Below, in pieces: positions 18,559-28,354 of a stretch of DNA of 64,000 nt; position 1 is the first letter of the stretch, and every line of letters begins with the position of its first letter. This stretch comes from an uncultured bacterium. GTDB lineage: Bacteria; Verrucomicrobiota; Verrucomicrobiia; Limisphaerales; UBA8199. The stretch spans positions 288,001 to 352,000 of the forward strand of contig CAVVMW010000018.1 in assembly GCA_963749495.1 (NCBI GenBank), given 5' to 3'. The position numbers and the translations under genes were made by a program. The notes under the pieces are model-generated. The model saw only the letters and a program-made list of their open reading frames with translations. It made no database searches and was not told where the DNA came from.

Positions 18559-19685
18559 ATGAATCGCCATTGCGCTTGTGCGGGTGCATTGTTGTTTGCG
18601 GCGCTGAGCCTGTTTATGCCGCGTATGTCGAGTGCCCAGACGAACCAAACCGCTGCCGTGCGCTGGCTGAGTGCGGCGCGCGTGGCGCCGCCCTTTGCCG
18701 CGCCGGCGTCGCGGGCGGCCTGGGAGGCGCAACGCCGCAAAGTGAGGGCCCAACTCTGGGAGTTGCTGGGCAAGCTGCCGCCGCGCCCCAGCGTCCCCAG
18801 GGTGCAGACGCTTTCACGTGAAGACCGGGGGGATTACCGGGTCGAGAAGTTCCAGTTCGACAACGGCGCCGGGGCGGTTGTGCCGGGCTATTTGCTCCTG
18901 CCCAGGACGGGGCCTGGCGCGGCTCGGGCACCTGCGATTCTCTATTGCCACTGGCACGGGGGCGAGTATGCCATCGGCAAGGAGGAATTGTTTCAAGCCA
19001 GCCACACGCCGGAGCCGCCCGGGCCGGCGCTGGCCCGGCGCGGGTTTGTGGTCCTGGGCATCGATGCCTATTGCTTCGGCGAGCGCAATGGCCAGGGGCC
19101 GGGCGGGCCGGGCGAGAAGAACGGCGAGGGCGAGCAGAGCGCCAGCAAATTCAACTTGTGGGTTGGGCGCACCCTTTGGGGCATGATCTTGCGCGACGAC
19201 CTCATGGCGCTGGATTACCTGGAGTCGCGCCCCGAGGTGGATGGCCATCGGCTCGGGGTGACCGGCATCAGCATGGGCGCCACACGGTCGTGGTGGCTGA
19301 TGGCCCTGGATGAGCGGCTCAAGACCGGCGTGGCCGTGGCCTGCCTGACCCGCTACCGCAATCTCATCGAGCACGAGGCCCTCCGGGCGCATGGCATCTA
19401 TTACTTTGTGCCCAACCTCCTCAACCACTTCGACACCGAGGCCGTCGTCGCCTTGCTGGCGCCCCGGCCGCGCTCTTCATGACGGGCGACCAGGACTCCG
19501 GCTCCCCGGTGGACGGCATCCACGCCATTGAATCGGCCGTGCGCCCCGTCTATCGCCTGTATGGCCGGGAGCACGAGTTCCAGAGCCTGGTCTATCCCGG
19601 CCTGGGACATGTCTATACGCCGCAGATGTGGGAGCAGACGCTGCGGTGGATGGAAGAGAAGCTCAAGGGGCGCGGGCGCGAATGA
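18559..19685 (+). CDS. Secreted alpha/beta hydrolase, dienelactone-hydrolase/acetylxylan-esterase-like (-1 frameshift near 19470)
   Basis: Signal-like N-terminus, HWHGG, nucleophile GISMG. LLAPRP continues as LFMTGDQD...GLGH in ORF 19479..19685, which supplies the catalytic Asp and His. Confidence 0.85.
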
Positions 19686-19903
19686 CGAATGACGAATGAC
19701 GAATGACGAATGACGAAACGAGGCGGCTGACTTCACAGGGGCGTTTTTTGGCAAGGACTCGCTCCACATGATTCTGCCAGCAATGATTCTGCCTGGCAGG
19801 ATTCGGTTTCCCATGATTCTGCTGCCCGCGCCCCTGCCAGTTCCGTATTCGTCATTCGTCATTCGTCATTCGTCATTCGTCATTCGTCATTCGTCATTGC
19901 GTC
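19680..19903. repeat. Inverted heptamer arrays (GAATGAC)x5 and (ATTCGTC)x7 enclosing three ATGATTCTGC units
   Basis: Directly visible. The hydrolase TGA stop lies inside the first unit. Confidence 0.95.
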
Positions 19904-19959
19904 ATTGCGTCCCCGCCCTCTGCCTTGCGCAACCGTCTGCCCCCGCCTAAGCTTGGCCG

Positions 19960-20379
19960 GTGAAACTCTCTGTCAAGAGCGATTATGCCGCGCGGGCGGT
20001 GCTGGGCCTGGCTCGGCATTATGCGGAGGCCAGGGCGCTGCGGGCCGAGGACCTGGCGGCCGAGCAAAGCGTGCCGGCCAATTACCTGGTCCAGATCCTT
20101 ATCGAACTCAAGGCACAAGGCATCGCCCGAAGCGTGCGCGGCAAGGAGGGCGGCTATCAACTGGCGCGGCCACCGGCGCTGATCACGCTGGGCGACATCC
20201 TGCGGGCCGTGCACGGCAGCGTCTTCGACAGCCCCGCCCTCAGCGACCCGGACTGTCCCCCGGAATTGCGCAAGGCCTGGCGCCACCTGCAGCATAGCCT
20301 CGAGGCCGCCGCCGACTCGATCAGCTTCGAGCAATTACTGGAAGAGGGCACCGAGGAGGAGAAGATGTATTACATCTGA
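19960..20379 (+). CDS. Rrf2 family transcriptional regulator, CymR-like
   Basis: MKLSVKSDYAARA, SVRGKEGGYQLAR, C-terminal MYYI. Lacks the three Fe-S cysteines of IscR/NsrR. Confidence 0.9.
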   Translation: MKLSVKSDYAARAVLGLARHYAEARALRAEDLAAEQSVPANYLVQILIELKAQGIARSVRGKEGGYQLARPPALITLGDILRAVHGSVFDSPALSDPDCPPELRKAWRHLQHSLEAAADSISFEQLLEEGTEEEKMYYI

Positions 20380-20540
20380 CTCCAACCGCGGCGGTTGGGG
20401 TGTTTCTAAATTGGCCAAAGCCGTGGCGGCAACGCTTGGCCCCACGCGCCCCAATGCCGTGTTCGACAGGAGCAAGCCAAATGTGCGCCCGCCGATCCGC
20501 AAGGGTGCGGGACAAAATAGTAACCATTAGACCTGTGTAT

Positions 20541-20711
20541 TTCCGCGTATTCCGCGTATTCCGCGGTTCATTCTTCTTCGGAGCTTTGCTAGCCTCACCG
20601 GCGACGAAAACCAATCTTATTTACCATCCAAATTGAGCGCATCGCAGCGGAGCGGGGCCGACACGGTTATGGCAACTGAGGGCAACCGCGGAATACGCGG
20701 AATACGCGGAA
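20541..20711. repeat. Perfect 28-bp inverted repeat built from TTCCGCGTA nonamers
   Basis: 20541-20568 is the reverse complement of 20684-20711. Confidence 0.9.
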
Positions 20712-20893
20712 AACAAAGCCGCCCAGCGATCCCGGGGGAGATTGGCCGGCATTGGGGTAGCCCCATGTCGTCGCGGTTGCACCCGCATAGATACAATCAC
20801 GGAAGGGAAGAAACAACGCCTGCCTTGGTCTCTTCAAGGGAGGTTACTTTTTTGTCCGGCACCCCATTCAGGGGGGCGCAATCGGACACTGCC

Positions 20894-20994
20894 CCCGGAG
20901 CGCGGGCTTTAGCCCGCTTTGCGCGGACGTGGAACCCCTTGGCGCGCCCATTGCACATTGGGCGCCCAAAGCGGGCTAAAGCCCGCGCTCCGGG
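20894..20994. repeat. REP doublet (REPIN-like), perfect 28-bp inverted repeat with GCGGGCTTTAGCCCGC hairpins
   Basis: 20894-20921 is the reverse complement of 20967-20994. Lies between convergent genes. Confidence 0.9.
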
Positions 20995-21055
20995 CTGTTC
21001 GGTAGTGCTGATGGGGGGAGTGTCGGCTTGCGCCGCATTCATGGTGGAAGCCCGC

Positions 21056-21907
21056 TTAGAAATCCACGCCCGCCGGATCTATTTCGAACCCCTTGTCTGA
21101 TTTCCTTAACTTTCCCACCGCGATGCGCGGATCATGTGAAAAAAACATGAGCCATTGTTCGGCAAACGCCAGCTCCAAAATGCCCCTTTTCTCCTCGAGC
21201 GTTGTGATTGGCCACAGGTCATATGCCAGGATATACGGCAATCTCAAATGAGCCGCCGTCGGAAAGAGATCGCCGCAAAAGAAAACGGTCTTCCCGCCGC
21301 TTGAGATCCGAGGCAGTTGCTGAGCAGGAGTGTGCCCGTTGAAAACCATGAGTGAGACCTGGGGAAACAGCTCGACGGGGCCATCCACAAAATGAAGCAC
21401 ATTCTCGCCGAACAACGGCAAGAAGTCGGCGCCCATGAAGCTGGCTTTGTCCTTTTCCGTGGGCTTCAGCGCGTGCTGCCAGTGAGCACTTTGGACATAA
21501 TGCCTCGCCTTCGGGAAGGCCGGCACGACGCGATCCCCATCCCCGGAGGTGCATCCGCCGGCATGATCGAAATGAAGGTGGGTCAGGATAACATCCGTCA
21601 CATCGTCCGGTGTGATGCCGCATTGCGCAAGGGACTTATCGATTTCGTATCGGCTGGTGTCAACTCCGTAAATCCTCAACTCCTTCGGTGTGAATTTCGT
21701 TCCCAATCCAGTGTCAATCAGAACGGCCCTGTCGTCCGCCTTTAGCAACAACGCTCGCGCAGCCAGCTCAATTCGGTTGAGATCATCGGCGGGATGCGAT
21801 TTGCTCCAGAGGGTCTTCGGAACCGAGCCAAACATGGCTCCGCCATCCAATCTAAACCGGCACGTCTCGATCGCGTGCAGTGCAAACGGTCCTATCCTCA
21901 TAATCAT
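21056..21907 (-). CDS. MBL-fold metallo-hydrolase (YtnP/AHL-lactonase-like)
   Basis: FRLDGGAMFGSVPKTLW, THLHFDHAGG, GHT and GDL motifs. Start at ATG 21907 or 21901. Confidence 0.9.
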   Translation of the reverse strand: MIMRIGPFALHAIETCRFRLDGGAMFGSVPKTLWSKSHPADDLNRIELAARALLLKADDRAVLIDTGLGTKFTPKELRIYGVDTSRYEIDKSLAQCGITPDDVTDVILTHLHFDHAGGCTSGDGDRVVPAFPKARHYVQSAHWQHALKPTEKDKASFMGADFLPLFGENVLHFVDGPVELFPQVSLMVFNGHTPAQQLPRISSGGKTVFFCGDLFPTAAHLRLPYILAYDLWPITTLEEKRGILELAFAEQWLMFFSHDPRIAVGKLRKSDKGFEIDPAGVDF

Positions 21908-21935
21908 TGGAACCGGGTCTTCATGGTCGCGCGGC

Positions 21936-23099
21936 TCAGCGCGGCGTGGCGTCCGGCAAGCCGCCATCGACGGGGATGCAGGCTCCGGTGGTTGGCGTCT
22001 GCCGCAGGGCAAAGAACAGCACGGCATTGGCCACGTGCTCCGCGGTCACTCTGGCCCTGAGCAGGTTGCGGTTGCGGTAATACTCTTCCAGGCCCTTCTC
22101 ATCGAGCCCGCGCGCTTTCATCCGCCCGGGACCCACCTCGGCCCAGAGACCGGACTTGTGGCTGCCGCCGGAAAAGACAGCGTCGGGCGCTACCATGTTG
22201 ACCCGGACGCCCATGGGCGCAAACTCCAGGCTGGCGATGCGCGCCAGTTGGTGAGCCGCCGCTTTGGTCGCGCTGTAGGCCCCAAAACCTGCGCCGGGAG
22301 CAAACACGTTTTTAGTCGAGATCAACACCACGTCACCGCCCAGGTTCTGCCGCGCAAAATGCCGCCCCGCCTCCGCCAGCACCAAGAGTGTCCCCTCTAC
22401 GTTCACCCGCTCCAGGCGCCGAAAGGCCTCCAGGTCAATCTCGACCAGCGGACAGGCCAGCGCGATGCCGGCGTTGAGCACCAACAAATCCACCCCGCCC
22501 CACTTGGCCGTCACCTCCGCGAACCCGCGCGCCACCGACGCCGCGTCGGTGACGTCCATCGCCACTCCCAGGGTGCGCCCCGCGTGCGGCCCCTGAAACT
22601 CGGCGACAAATGCCTCGAGCTTCTCGCCGGGAAGATCGGTAATGGCCACGTGGCCGCCGGCCTCCAGCAACCCGCGGCAGATCCCGTAACCAATCGCCCC
22701 GGCGGCCCCGGTCACCAATGCGACGCGTCCGGCCAGCCGCGAATCCCGGCCCTGAACGGATGCCGGGGCCAGGACCCGAAACACGGCGACCCCAGGCACA
22801 CAAATGACTTGGGGTTCGGCGTGGTGCTCCGTCCGGTAACGCCCCAGCGCTGCGGCCAGCAGCAATCGAAGGGCTTCATCCTCTTCGTTGCCGCGCATGG
22901 CCTCCAACCGCAGCGGCGCGCCCCGGAACGGTCCGAGTGCCGAAGGCGGCAGCCCGCCAGTGGCGAAGGCCAAGGCCGCTTCATCGCTGAGAGTCTGCAG
23001 CAAGACCGTCCGATGCGGGTGGTCATCATTCCCCGCCGGCTCCCCCAGCAATCCCCGCAGGATGGGGGCCATGCGAGCGCTCAGTTCAGGTTTCATCAT
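21936..23099 (-). CDS. SDR oxidoreductase resembling the dehydrogenase half of bifunctional RhaD aldolase/SDR proteins
   Basis: VTGAAGAIG, NAG, STKNVFAPGAGFGAYSATKAA, VRVNMVAPDAVF, YYRNRNLL and IPVDGGLPDATPR motifs. Confidence 0.88.
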   Translation of the reverse strand: MMKPELSARMAPILRGLLGEPAGNDDHPHRTVLLQTLSDEAALAFATGGLPPSALGPFRGAPLRLEAMRGNEEDEALRLLLAAALGRYRTEHHAEPQVICVPGVAVFRVLAPASVQGRDSRLAGRVALVTGAAGAIGYGICRGLLEAGGHVAITDLPGEKLEAFVAEFQGPHAGRTLGVAMDVTDAASVARGFAEVTAKWGGVDLLVLNAGIALACPLVEIDLEAFRRLERVNVEGTLLVLAEAGRHFARQNLGGDVVLISTKNVFAPGAGFGAYSATKAAAHQLARIASLEFAPMGVRVNMVAPDAVFSGGSHKSGLWAEVGPGRMKARGLDEKGLEEYYRNRNLLRARVTAEHVANAVLFFALRQTPTTGACIPVDGGLPDATPR

Positions 23100-23108
23100 G
23101 ATCTGCCT

Positions 23109-23274
23109 TTAGGCGGTGGAAATCAATAAAGGTGGCAAGATGCCGCCGGGATTTTGGCGCCCAGCGAGGCGTGAACGAGGCGCATATCCGCAGCGATCTG
23201 CAACGAGTGAACAACGAAGCTGGGCGGCAAAAGAACAAGGCAGGTTGCGACCTTTATTCATTTCCACCGCCTTA
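23109..23274. mobile_element. 160-bp MITE (23112-23271) with 22-bp terminal inverted repeats and a TTA target duplication
   Basis: ggcggtggaaatcaataaaggt ... acctttattcatttccaccgcc (1 mismatch), flanked by TTA at 23109-23111 and 23272-23274. Confidence 0.85.
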
Positions 23275-23997
23275 GCGCCGTGCCGCCGCGCGAGCCGCCT
23301 GCAACATGAAGGCGGCATTGGCGGCCGGGTTCTTGCCGTCAAAAACCGCGCTGCCGGTCACCACGATGTCCGGTCCCAGGGCCAGCACGTCGGCGAGGTT
23401 GTTGCGGGTGATGCCGCCGTCCACTCCCACGAGCGTGCCCTGCCGGGATTTGGCCAGCATCTCTTTCAACTGCGCCAGGCGGGCCGGCGTGGAAGGGATG
23501 AACTTTTGGCCGCTCCAGCCCGGGTTGACCCCCAGCAGCATCACCAACTCCAACTCGTCCAGCAGGGGCTGGATGGCCTCCAGAGGCGTGCCCGGGTTCA
23601 GGGCCACTCCGCGCAAGAGGCCGCGGGCCGGCTCATTCACGTTGCTCATGCCGCCCAGCGCCTGCAAAGCCCGGTGCGGGTGACGGCAGGATTCGACGTG
23701 CAGGGTCACCATATCGGCGCCGGCGGCCACGTAGCTTTCCAGTTTGCTCAGCGGCTCCTGGACCATCAGGTGCACGTCTTTGTAGAGCGTCGTTCGGCAG
23801 GCTGCCACTACCGGGGGCCCAAACGTCATCATGGGGCAGAACACGCCGTCCATGACATCAAAGTGCAGCAGCTTCACGCCGGCGGTCTCCAGGAGCTTGA
23901 GCTCGGCTCCCAGCGCGAGCCAATCCGCCGTGAGCATCCCCACGCTCAATTGCGGGGCGCTCTCCCGGAGCCGCTCATAGAGCCAGGGCCTGGTCAT
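23272..23997 (-). CDS. rpe: Ribulose-phosphate 3-epimerase family protein
   Basis: [37 protein letters not shown] and VTGSAVF motifs. Confidence 0.9.
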   Translation of the reverse strand: MTRPWLYERLRESAPQLSVGMLTADWLALGAELKLLETAGVKLLHFDVMDGVFCPMMTFGPPVVAACRTTLYKDVHLMVQEPLSKLESYVAAGADMVTLHVESCRHPHRALQALGGMSNVNEPARGLLRGVALNPGTPLEAIQPLLDELELVMLLGVNPGWSGQKFIPSTPARLAQLKEMLAKSRQGTLVGVDGGITRNNLADVLALGPDIVVTGSAVFDGKNPAANAAFMLQAARAAARR

Positions 23998-24902
23998 AAC
24001 CCTGGACTTTTCTTGCTCTCCTGGCGCTTGAGCGTCTCGTAAAGCTCGAAGGCCGCTTTGGGCTTGAGGTTCTCGTGCACGACCTTGCCGATGGCCTGCA
24101 TCATGGCCTTGGGGGCGTCGCTCTGGAAAATATTGCGGCCCATGTCAACGCCGGCCGCCCCTTGCTGAATCGCGTTGGAGGCCATCGTGAGCGCTTCCAA
24201 CTCGGGCAGCTTCTTGCCTCCAGCCATCACAATCGGCACCGGGCAGGAGGCGGTGACCGTCTCGAAGCCTTCCGGGCAGTAATAGGTCTTCACCATGTGC
24301 GCCCCCAGTTCGGCGCAGATCCGGCAGGCCAAGCGCAGGTACTGCGCGTCGCGGGTCAGGCTCTTGCCCACCGCCGTTACGGCCATGGTCGGGATGCCCA
24401 GCTTGAGCCCCAGGTCGACCAGCCGGGTCATATTGCAGACCGAGCGGGTCTCATGCTCGCCGCCGATGAACACCTGCAGCGTCACCGCCGCCACGTTGAG
24501 CCGCGCCGCATCCTCGATGTCCACCGCCAGTTCCTCATCCGAGAGTTCCTTGAGGATGCTGGGTCCGCCGCTGCAGCGCAGGACGATGGGTTTGGTCAGC
24601 GCCGGGGGCACGGTGGTTCGCAAGATCCCGCGGGTGAGCATGAGCGCATCCGCCAGAGGCATCAGCGGCACGATCTTCAGGTCAATCCGCTCCAGCCCGG
24701 TGGTTGGGCCCTGGAAATAGCCATGGTCGATGGCCAGCATCACCGTGCGCCCGGTGGCGGGATTAAAGATCCGGGCCAGCCGGTTTTTCATGCCCCAATC
24801 CAGCGAGCCGGCCCCCTTCAGGAAGAAGCCCGGCGTGCTCATCGGGATTTGCTCGTAATAATTCTTGTCCTTGGTTGGTTTGGCTGCGTCTGGTTCTGGC
24901 AT
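23994..24902 (-). CDS. lsrF: LsrF, class I aldolase-fold thiolase
   Basis: [45 protein letters not shown] and [12 protein letters not shown] motifs. RBS aagaggt precedes ATG 24902. Confidence 0.93.
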   Translation of the reverse strand: MPEPDAAKPTKDKNYYEQIPMSTPGFFLKGAGSLDWGMKNRLARIFNPATGRTVMLAIDHGYFQGPTTGLERIDLKIVPLMPLADALMLTRGILRTTVPPALTKPIVLRCSGGPSILKELSDEELAVDIEDAARLNVAAVTLQVFIGGEHETRSVCNMTRLVDLGLKLGIPTMAVTAVGKSLTRDAQYLRLACRICAELGAHMVKTYYCPEGFETVTASCPVPIVMAGGKKLPELEALTMASNAIQQGAAGVDMGRNIFQSDAPKAMMQAIGKVVHENLKPKAAFELYETLKRQESKKSPGL

Positions 24903-25101
24903 AATTACCTCTTGGATGGATGGTTCCTTATCTTTGCGTTGCTCATGATTGGATACGAAGGACAACATTGCTGTGAAGTTATGGGGCTTTGTGAACAAAT
25001 TGGCAAATCAATACTTCCGCGGCTCGTTATCGGGGGTGTGAGACAGAATTCTTCTTGGGCCTCCTGATCGCAGACCTCAGAGCTGCTCCGGGCCTTCGAT
25101 C

Positions 25102-25189
25102 CTTCGTTTCCTTCGTTTCCTTCTGTTCTGTTCCTGCCTCCCGCCGGCTGGCCACAGGAACAGAACAGAAGGAAACGAAGGAAACGAAG
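25102..25189. repeat. Perfect 35-bp inverted repeat (CTTCGTTTC units); same family as the repeat at 1990-2176
   Basis: 25102-25136 is the reverse complement of 25155-25189. Confidence 0.9.
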
Positions 25190-25685
25190 AGGCGGCCTGA
25201 CGCGGCGGCGGCGATCTGGTCCGTGCCAGCTCGTATCTAGATTCCTAGACACTATTTGTGACGAAAGCCCAGCAGAATCCATTGTTGATCAGTCGCCGGC
25301 ACTTGGCTCGGACATTCGGAAGGGCCGGGGTGTCCCCTCAGCGGAAGCTGCGCGTTGCCCATCCAAAGCCGCCCGGAGAACATCGCTGTCCTGATGGAAG
25401 AGGTGCGGCGGCAAAGGACCCTGGTTTGTAATCGCCGTCCTGGCATTTTCGTTTCTAGTGCCCGCCTTTCTGTTTGCCGTCGGCTATCGCCGGCGGAAGG
25501 CGGCCGCGTTGGGCGTGCTCGTCGCGCTATCTCTGCTCGGTCATCCCGCCGGCGCAGAGGAGCCAAGGACTGAGGCCCGAACTGTCGCAAACAGCATCCG
25601 CCTCGTGTCAGTCTATTTTCCTCACAGCACAAACAAGGCGGCAAACGGCTTGTTGGCTGGCGCCCGGTTGCGGTAGAATGCGGCC

Positions 25686-25907
25686 ATGAATGAGAGAGAA
25701 CAGTCCTTGCGTGCCAGCGACACCGCGGCCCGCCAGCGCCGGCTCGAGCTGGCCCAGAAGGCCTTTAGGGAGTTCTACGCGCAATGCTTCTGGTCGTACC
25801 GCGAAGACGCCGAGATCACCGAGGACAAAATCCCCTTTGTCATCCGCGGCCTTCGCGAACACGGGGGACTGGCCGGCTACCGGACCGCCGCCGAGTTATG
25901 CCATTAG
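25686..25907 (+). CDS. Small hypothetical protein, probable antitoxin-like partner of the next gene
   Basis: 73 aa with a FYAQCFWSY motif; overlaps the next start codon. Confidence 0.6.
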   Translation: MNEREQSLRASDTAARQRRLELAQKAFREFYAQCFWSYREDAEITEDKIPFVIRGLREHGGLAGYRTAAELCH

Positions 25908-26144
25908 GCGCTTTCGAGCAAGAAGTGCTGCGGTTGCTCGCCGTGAATCGGAATCCCAACAGCTACGTGGCCGGGGCAACGGTCCTGAACCAGAACCCGG
26001 CTTCCATTGGGGGAAGTGGGCTGCCTTTATCTCGATCGCACCGGCCAGCCCGTCTGCCCGGATCCCGCCGCAACGGAGTTCACGAAACTCACGCGCCACT
26101 TCGGCAGCGTCAAAGGCGCCTGGCCGCGCATCGTCGAAAACTGA
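25898..26144 (+). pseudogene. Internally deleted nucleotidyltransferase (AbiEii-like) gene
   Basis: N-terminus MPLGAFEQEVLRLLAVNRNPNSYVAGATVLN is joined out of frame near 26003 to a C-terminus-like PLGEVGCLYLDRTGQPVCPDP...HFGSVKGAWPRIVEN*. Confidence 0.55.
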
Positions 26145-26161
26145 GACCGAACCGTGTGCGA

Positions 26162-26550
26162 GTCAACCTTGACGATTGGAGGCCCTCGGCCACCGCGGCC
26201 TCGGCGGCGTTTTCGGCCGGGACCAGCACGCCGGTCTTGCCCTCCTGGCGCGCGCGCAACGCGATCGGCAGCACCCCTTTGACCGGACGCACGCCCCCGT
26301 CCAGGGCCAGTTCACCCACCATCATGAAGCGGTCGAGTTGGTCGCTTTCGATCTGCTCGCTGGCGGCCAGCATGGCCAGGCCGATGGGCAAGTCGAAGCT
26401 CGGCCCTTCCTTCCTCACGTCCGCCAGCGCCAGGTTGATCGTCGTGCGGCCGAAGGTGAATCCGTAGCCCGAGTTGATCAGCGCCGTCAGCACCCGGTCA
26501 CGCGATTCCTTCACCGCCGCGTCCGGCAAGCCAACGATGACAATATTGTC
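26162..26550 (-). pseudogene. comM: comM/yifB fragment (N-terminal third, lacking the true start)
   Basis: IVIVGLPDAAVKESRDRV, TINLALADVRKEGPSFDLPI, GELALDG and PAENAAEAA motifs. Confidence 0.9.
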
Positions 26551-26554
26551 TTGT

Positions 26555-26719
26555 ATTCTCCAACTCAAGATCTTCCAGTCGCAAGCTGCTCACCTGCTTG
26601 AAGTTAGCACGGTTTCCCTGAGCCGTTGGGAATGCGACAAGGTGTTTCCGAGCGCTCCCCGGCAGCCAAGAATCATCGAGTACCTGGGCTACGACCCGTT
26701 CAAACCGCCGTCGGAATAG
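26555..26719 (+). pseudogene. XRE-type HTH fragment
   Basis: LQLKIFQSQAAHLLEVSTVSLSRWECDKVFPS...IIEYLGYDPF; no own start codon; abuts the comM fragment. Confidence 0.65.
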
Positions 26720-27022
26720 ACCCTCAGAAGCTCGAAGGCAACGAACCCCAAGTCGTTGCCTTTTTGTGACGCCGTCTTGCGCGTGCGCGGGCAACGAATC
26801 CATCCCGGCGTTGCCCCGCTGTCCACCGGCAATTCGGGGCTCTCGGCACCAAGCTTCCCAGAACCTGAGCCTGCTCATTCGGCGGTTGACAACTCGGTGT
26901 TCAGAGTTTCATCGGCCCTCGTCAGGTACTCCGTTTTGACGGCCAGCATGGGCGGTTCTGCCCGGCCAAACCGCTTGACAACTCCCTTCCGAAGGCGCCT
27001 ATTCAGCGCGGCCATGTAACAC

Positions 27023-27183
27023 GTGCAGTTTTACGGAGAGGAGCGCCAACTAGGCGCCTGCGTGTTTTGTGGGGGCGCGACCGAGACCCGCGACCACGTT
27101 CCATCGCGGGTCTTTCTCGACGAGCCTTATCCGGACCACTTGCCCTGCGTGCCTGCCTGCGAGCGTTGCAATGCGGGATTCCC
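27023..27183 (+). pseudogene. Truncated HNH-like endonuclease
   Basis: CVFCGG...TRDHVPSRVFL...VPACERCNAGF, after which the sequence loses coding character. Confidence 0.65.
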
Positions 27184-27732
27184 GGCCGCTCTCGGTCTAT
27201 CACTGATTCCCGGGTGCCGCCCCTTCATGAATTCGCTCTGGCTCCGCCCTCTCGTGAACGAGTTTGTCTTGACACGGCGCCAACGTCGCTGGAACCTCCG
27301 CGCGGCGGCCGGATCATGCACATTCGTCCTAAGAGTAGCAGCCGCGACGGGATCGGACGGCCTCAATCCCGCAGCGGTCCTCCAGCGTCAACCCGCTGCG
27401 ACCCTCCGGCCGCCGGAGCGCCGTCATCGCTGAACAACCGTTCTCAATCGCCAATTCCAAGTTTGCCATGTGGCGTGCTCAAACCCCATTCGGTCGCCAG
27501 CCCGCCCGGCTCGCCGCCCCCTCGCGCTCGGGGGAGGCGAAGGTTCGGCCTGCCGGCCCTCCCAGCGCGACGACCGCCCCCGTGTCGGGAACTCAAAGAC
27601 TCAACGCACCAATACCTCTCGGGGTTGTGCCAGGCTCGGCGCTGCCGTGCGTGTCTGGCCAGGAGGGCCAGCCGTGACGAGCGCACCAGTGGGGCAGCCG
27701 TTGGCACACCCGAGGCGCCGTCCTCTGCGCCC

Positions 27733-28344
27733 ATCGGCGTTGCGGTCGTGCGAGGCTCCGCCAGCGTTCGAACCTCTCTAAGGCGGATGCTGGCCAGGCG
27801 GCGGGATTTCCAACTCTGCGGCCTTTTCTCATCCGCTGCGGAGGCGGTCAAGCTGGCCGGACTGGGCACGGCTCGGCTCGCCCTCGTTGACGCGGAATTG
27901 GCCGACGGTTGCGGAATCGCCTGCGCCCGAGGCCTGGCGGCCAGATGGCCGCGGCTCAAATTGGTTACGATGTCCCGGCGCAAAGACGCCGCCCTCGCGC
28001 GGCTTTCGCGCATGGCTGGCGCCAGTTTTCACCTGGTTCAACCATTTGCCTGCAGTCGGCTCCTGGCGGCCCTCCTAATGGCCGTGGAAGCCAAACGGCC
28101 GGTCCGCTCCTTGAGCCCTGAGGAGCACCAGTTGGTCGCGGGCATGGCCCAGGGGCTCCGCCACAAGCAAATCGAAGCCCAACTGAGCATGAGCGCGGCG
28201 CGCTTGAAGAAGATCCAGCACCGCGCCTTCCAGAAGCTCCGTGTGCGCACTTCTGCCCAAGCGGCCGCAACCTGGGCGGTTCTCCAGGGGGAAAGAGGAG
28301 GGGGAGCAAAATGGCCCCTTCCCCGAGTGACGCGCCGCGCGTAA
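27733..28344 (+). CDS. Atypical NarL/LuxR-family response regulator (start uncertain, upstream of 27733)
   Basis: Receiver-like LALVDAELADGCGIAC and LuxR HTH LSPEEHQLVAGMAQGLRHKQI...KLRVRTSAQA. Confidence 0.75.
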   Translation: MGVAVVRGSASVRTSLRRMLARRRDFQLCGLFSSAAEAVKLAGLGTARLALVDAELADGCGIACARGLAARWPRLKLVTMSRRKDAALARLSRMAGASFHLVQPFACSRLLAALLMAVEAKRPVRSLSPEEHQLVAGMAQGLRHKQIEAQLSMSAARLKKIQHRAFQKLRVRTSAQAAATWAVLQGERGGGAKWPLPRVTRRA

Positions 28345-28354
28345 TATCCCAGCC

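Noticed and set aside
17449..19482. 677-aa methyltransferase-hydrolase fusion in the ORF track
   Set aside because: The linker translates an intergenic inverted repeat. A one-base correction near 18403 gives a natural end (HPQFAMR*, 18425), and the hydrolase has its own ATG and signal peptide at 18559.
20400..21100. ORFs 20400..20636, 20633..21100 and 20797..21042
   Set aside because: They run through nonamer and REP inverted repeats and show no coding character.
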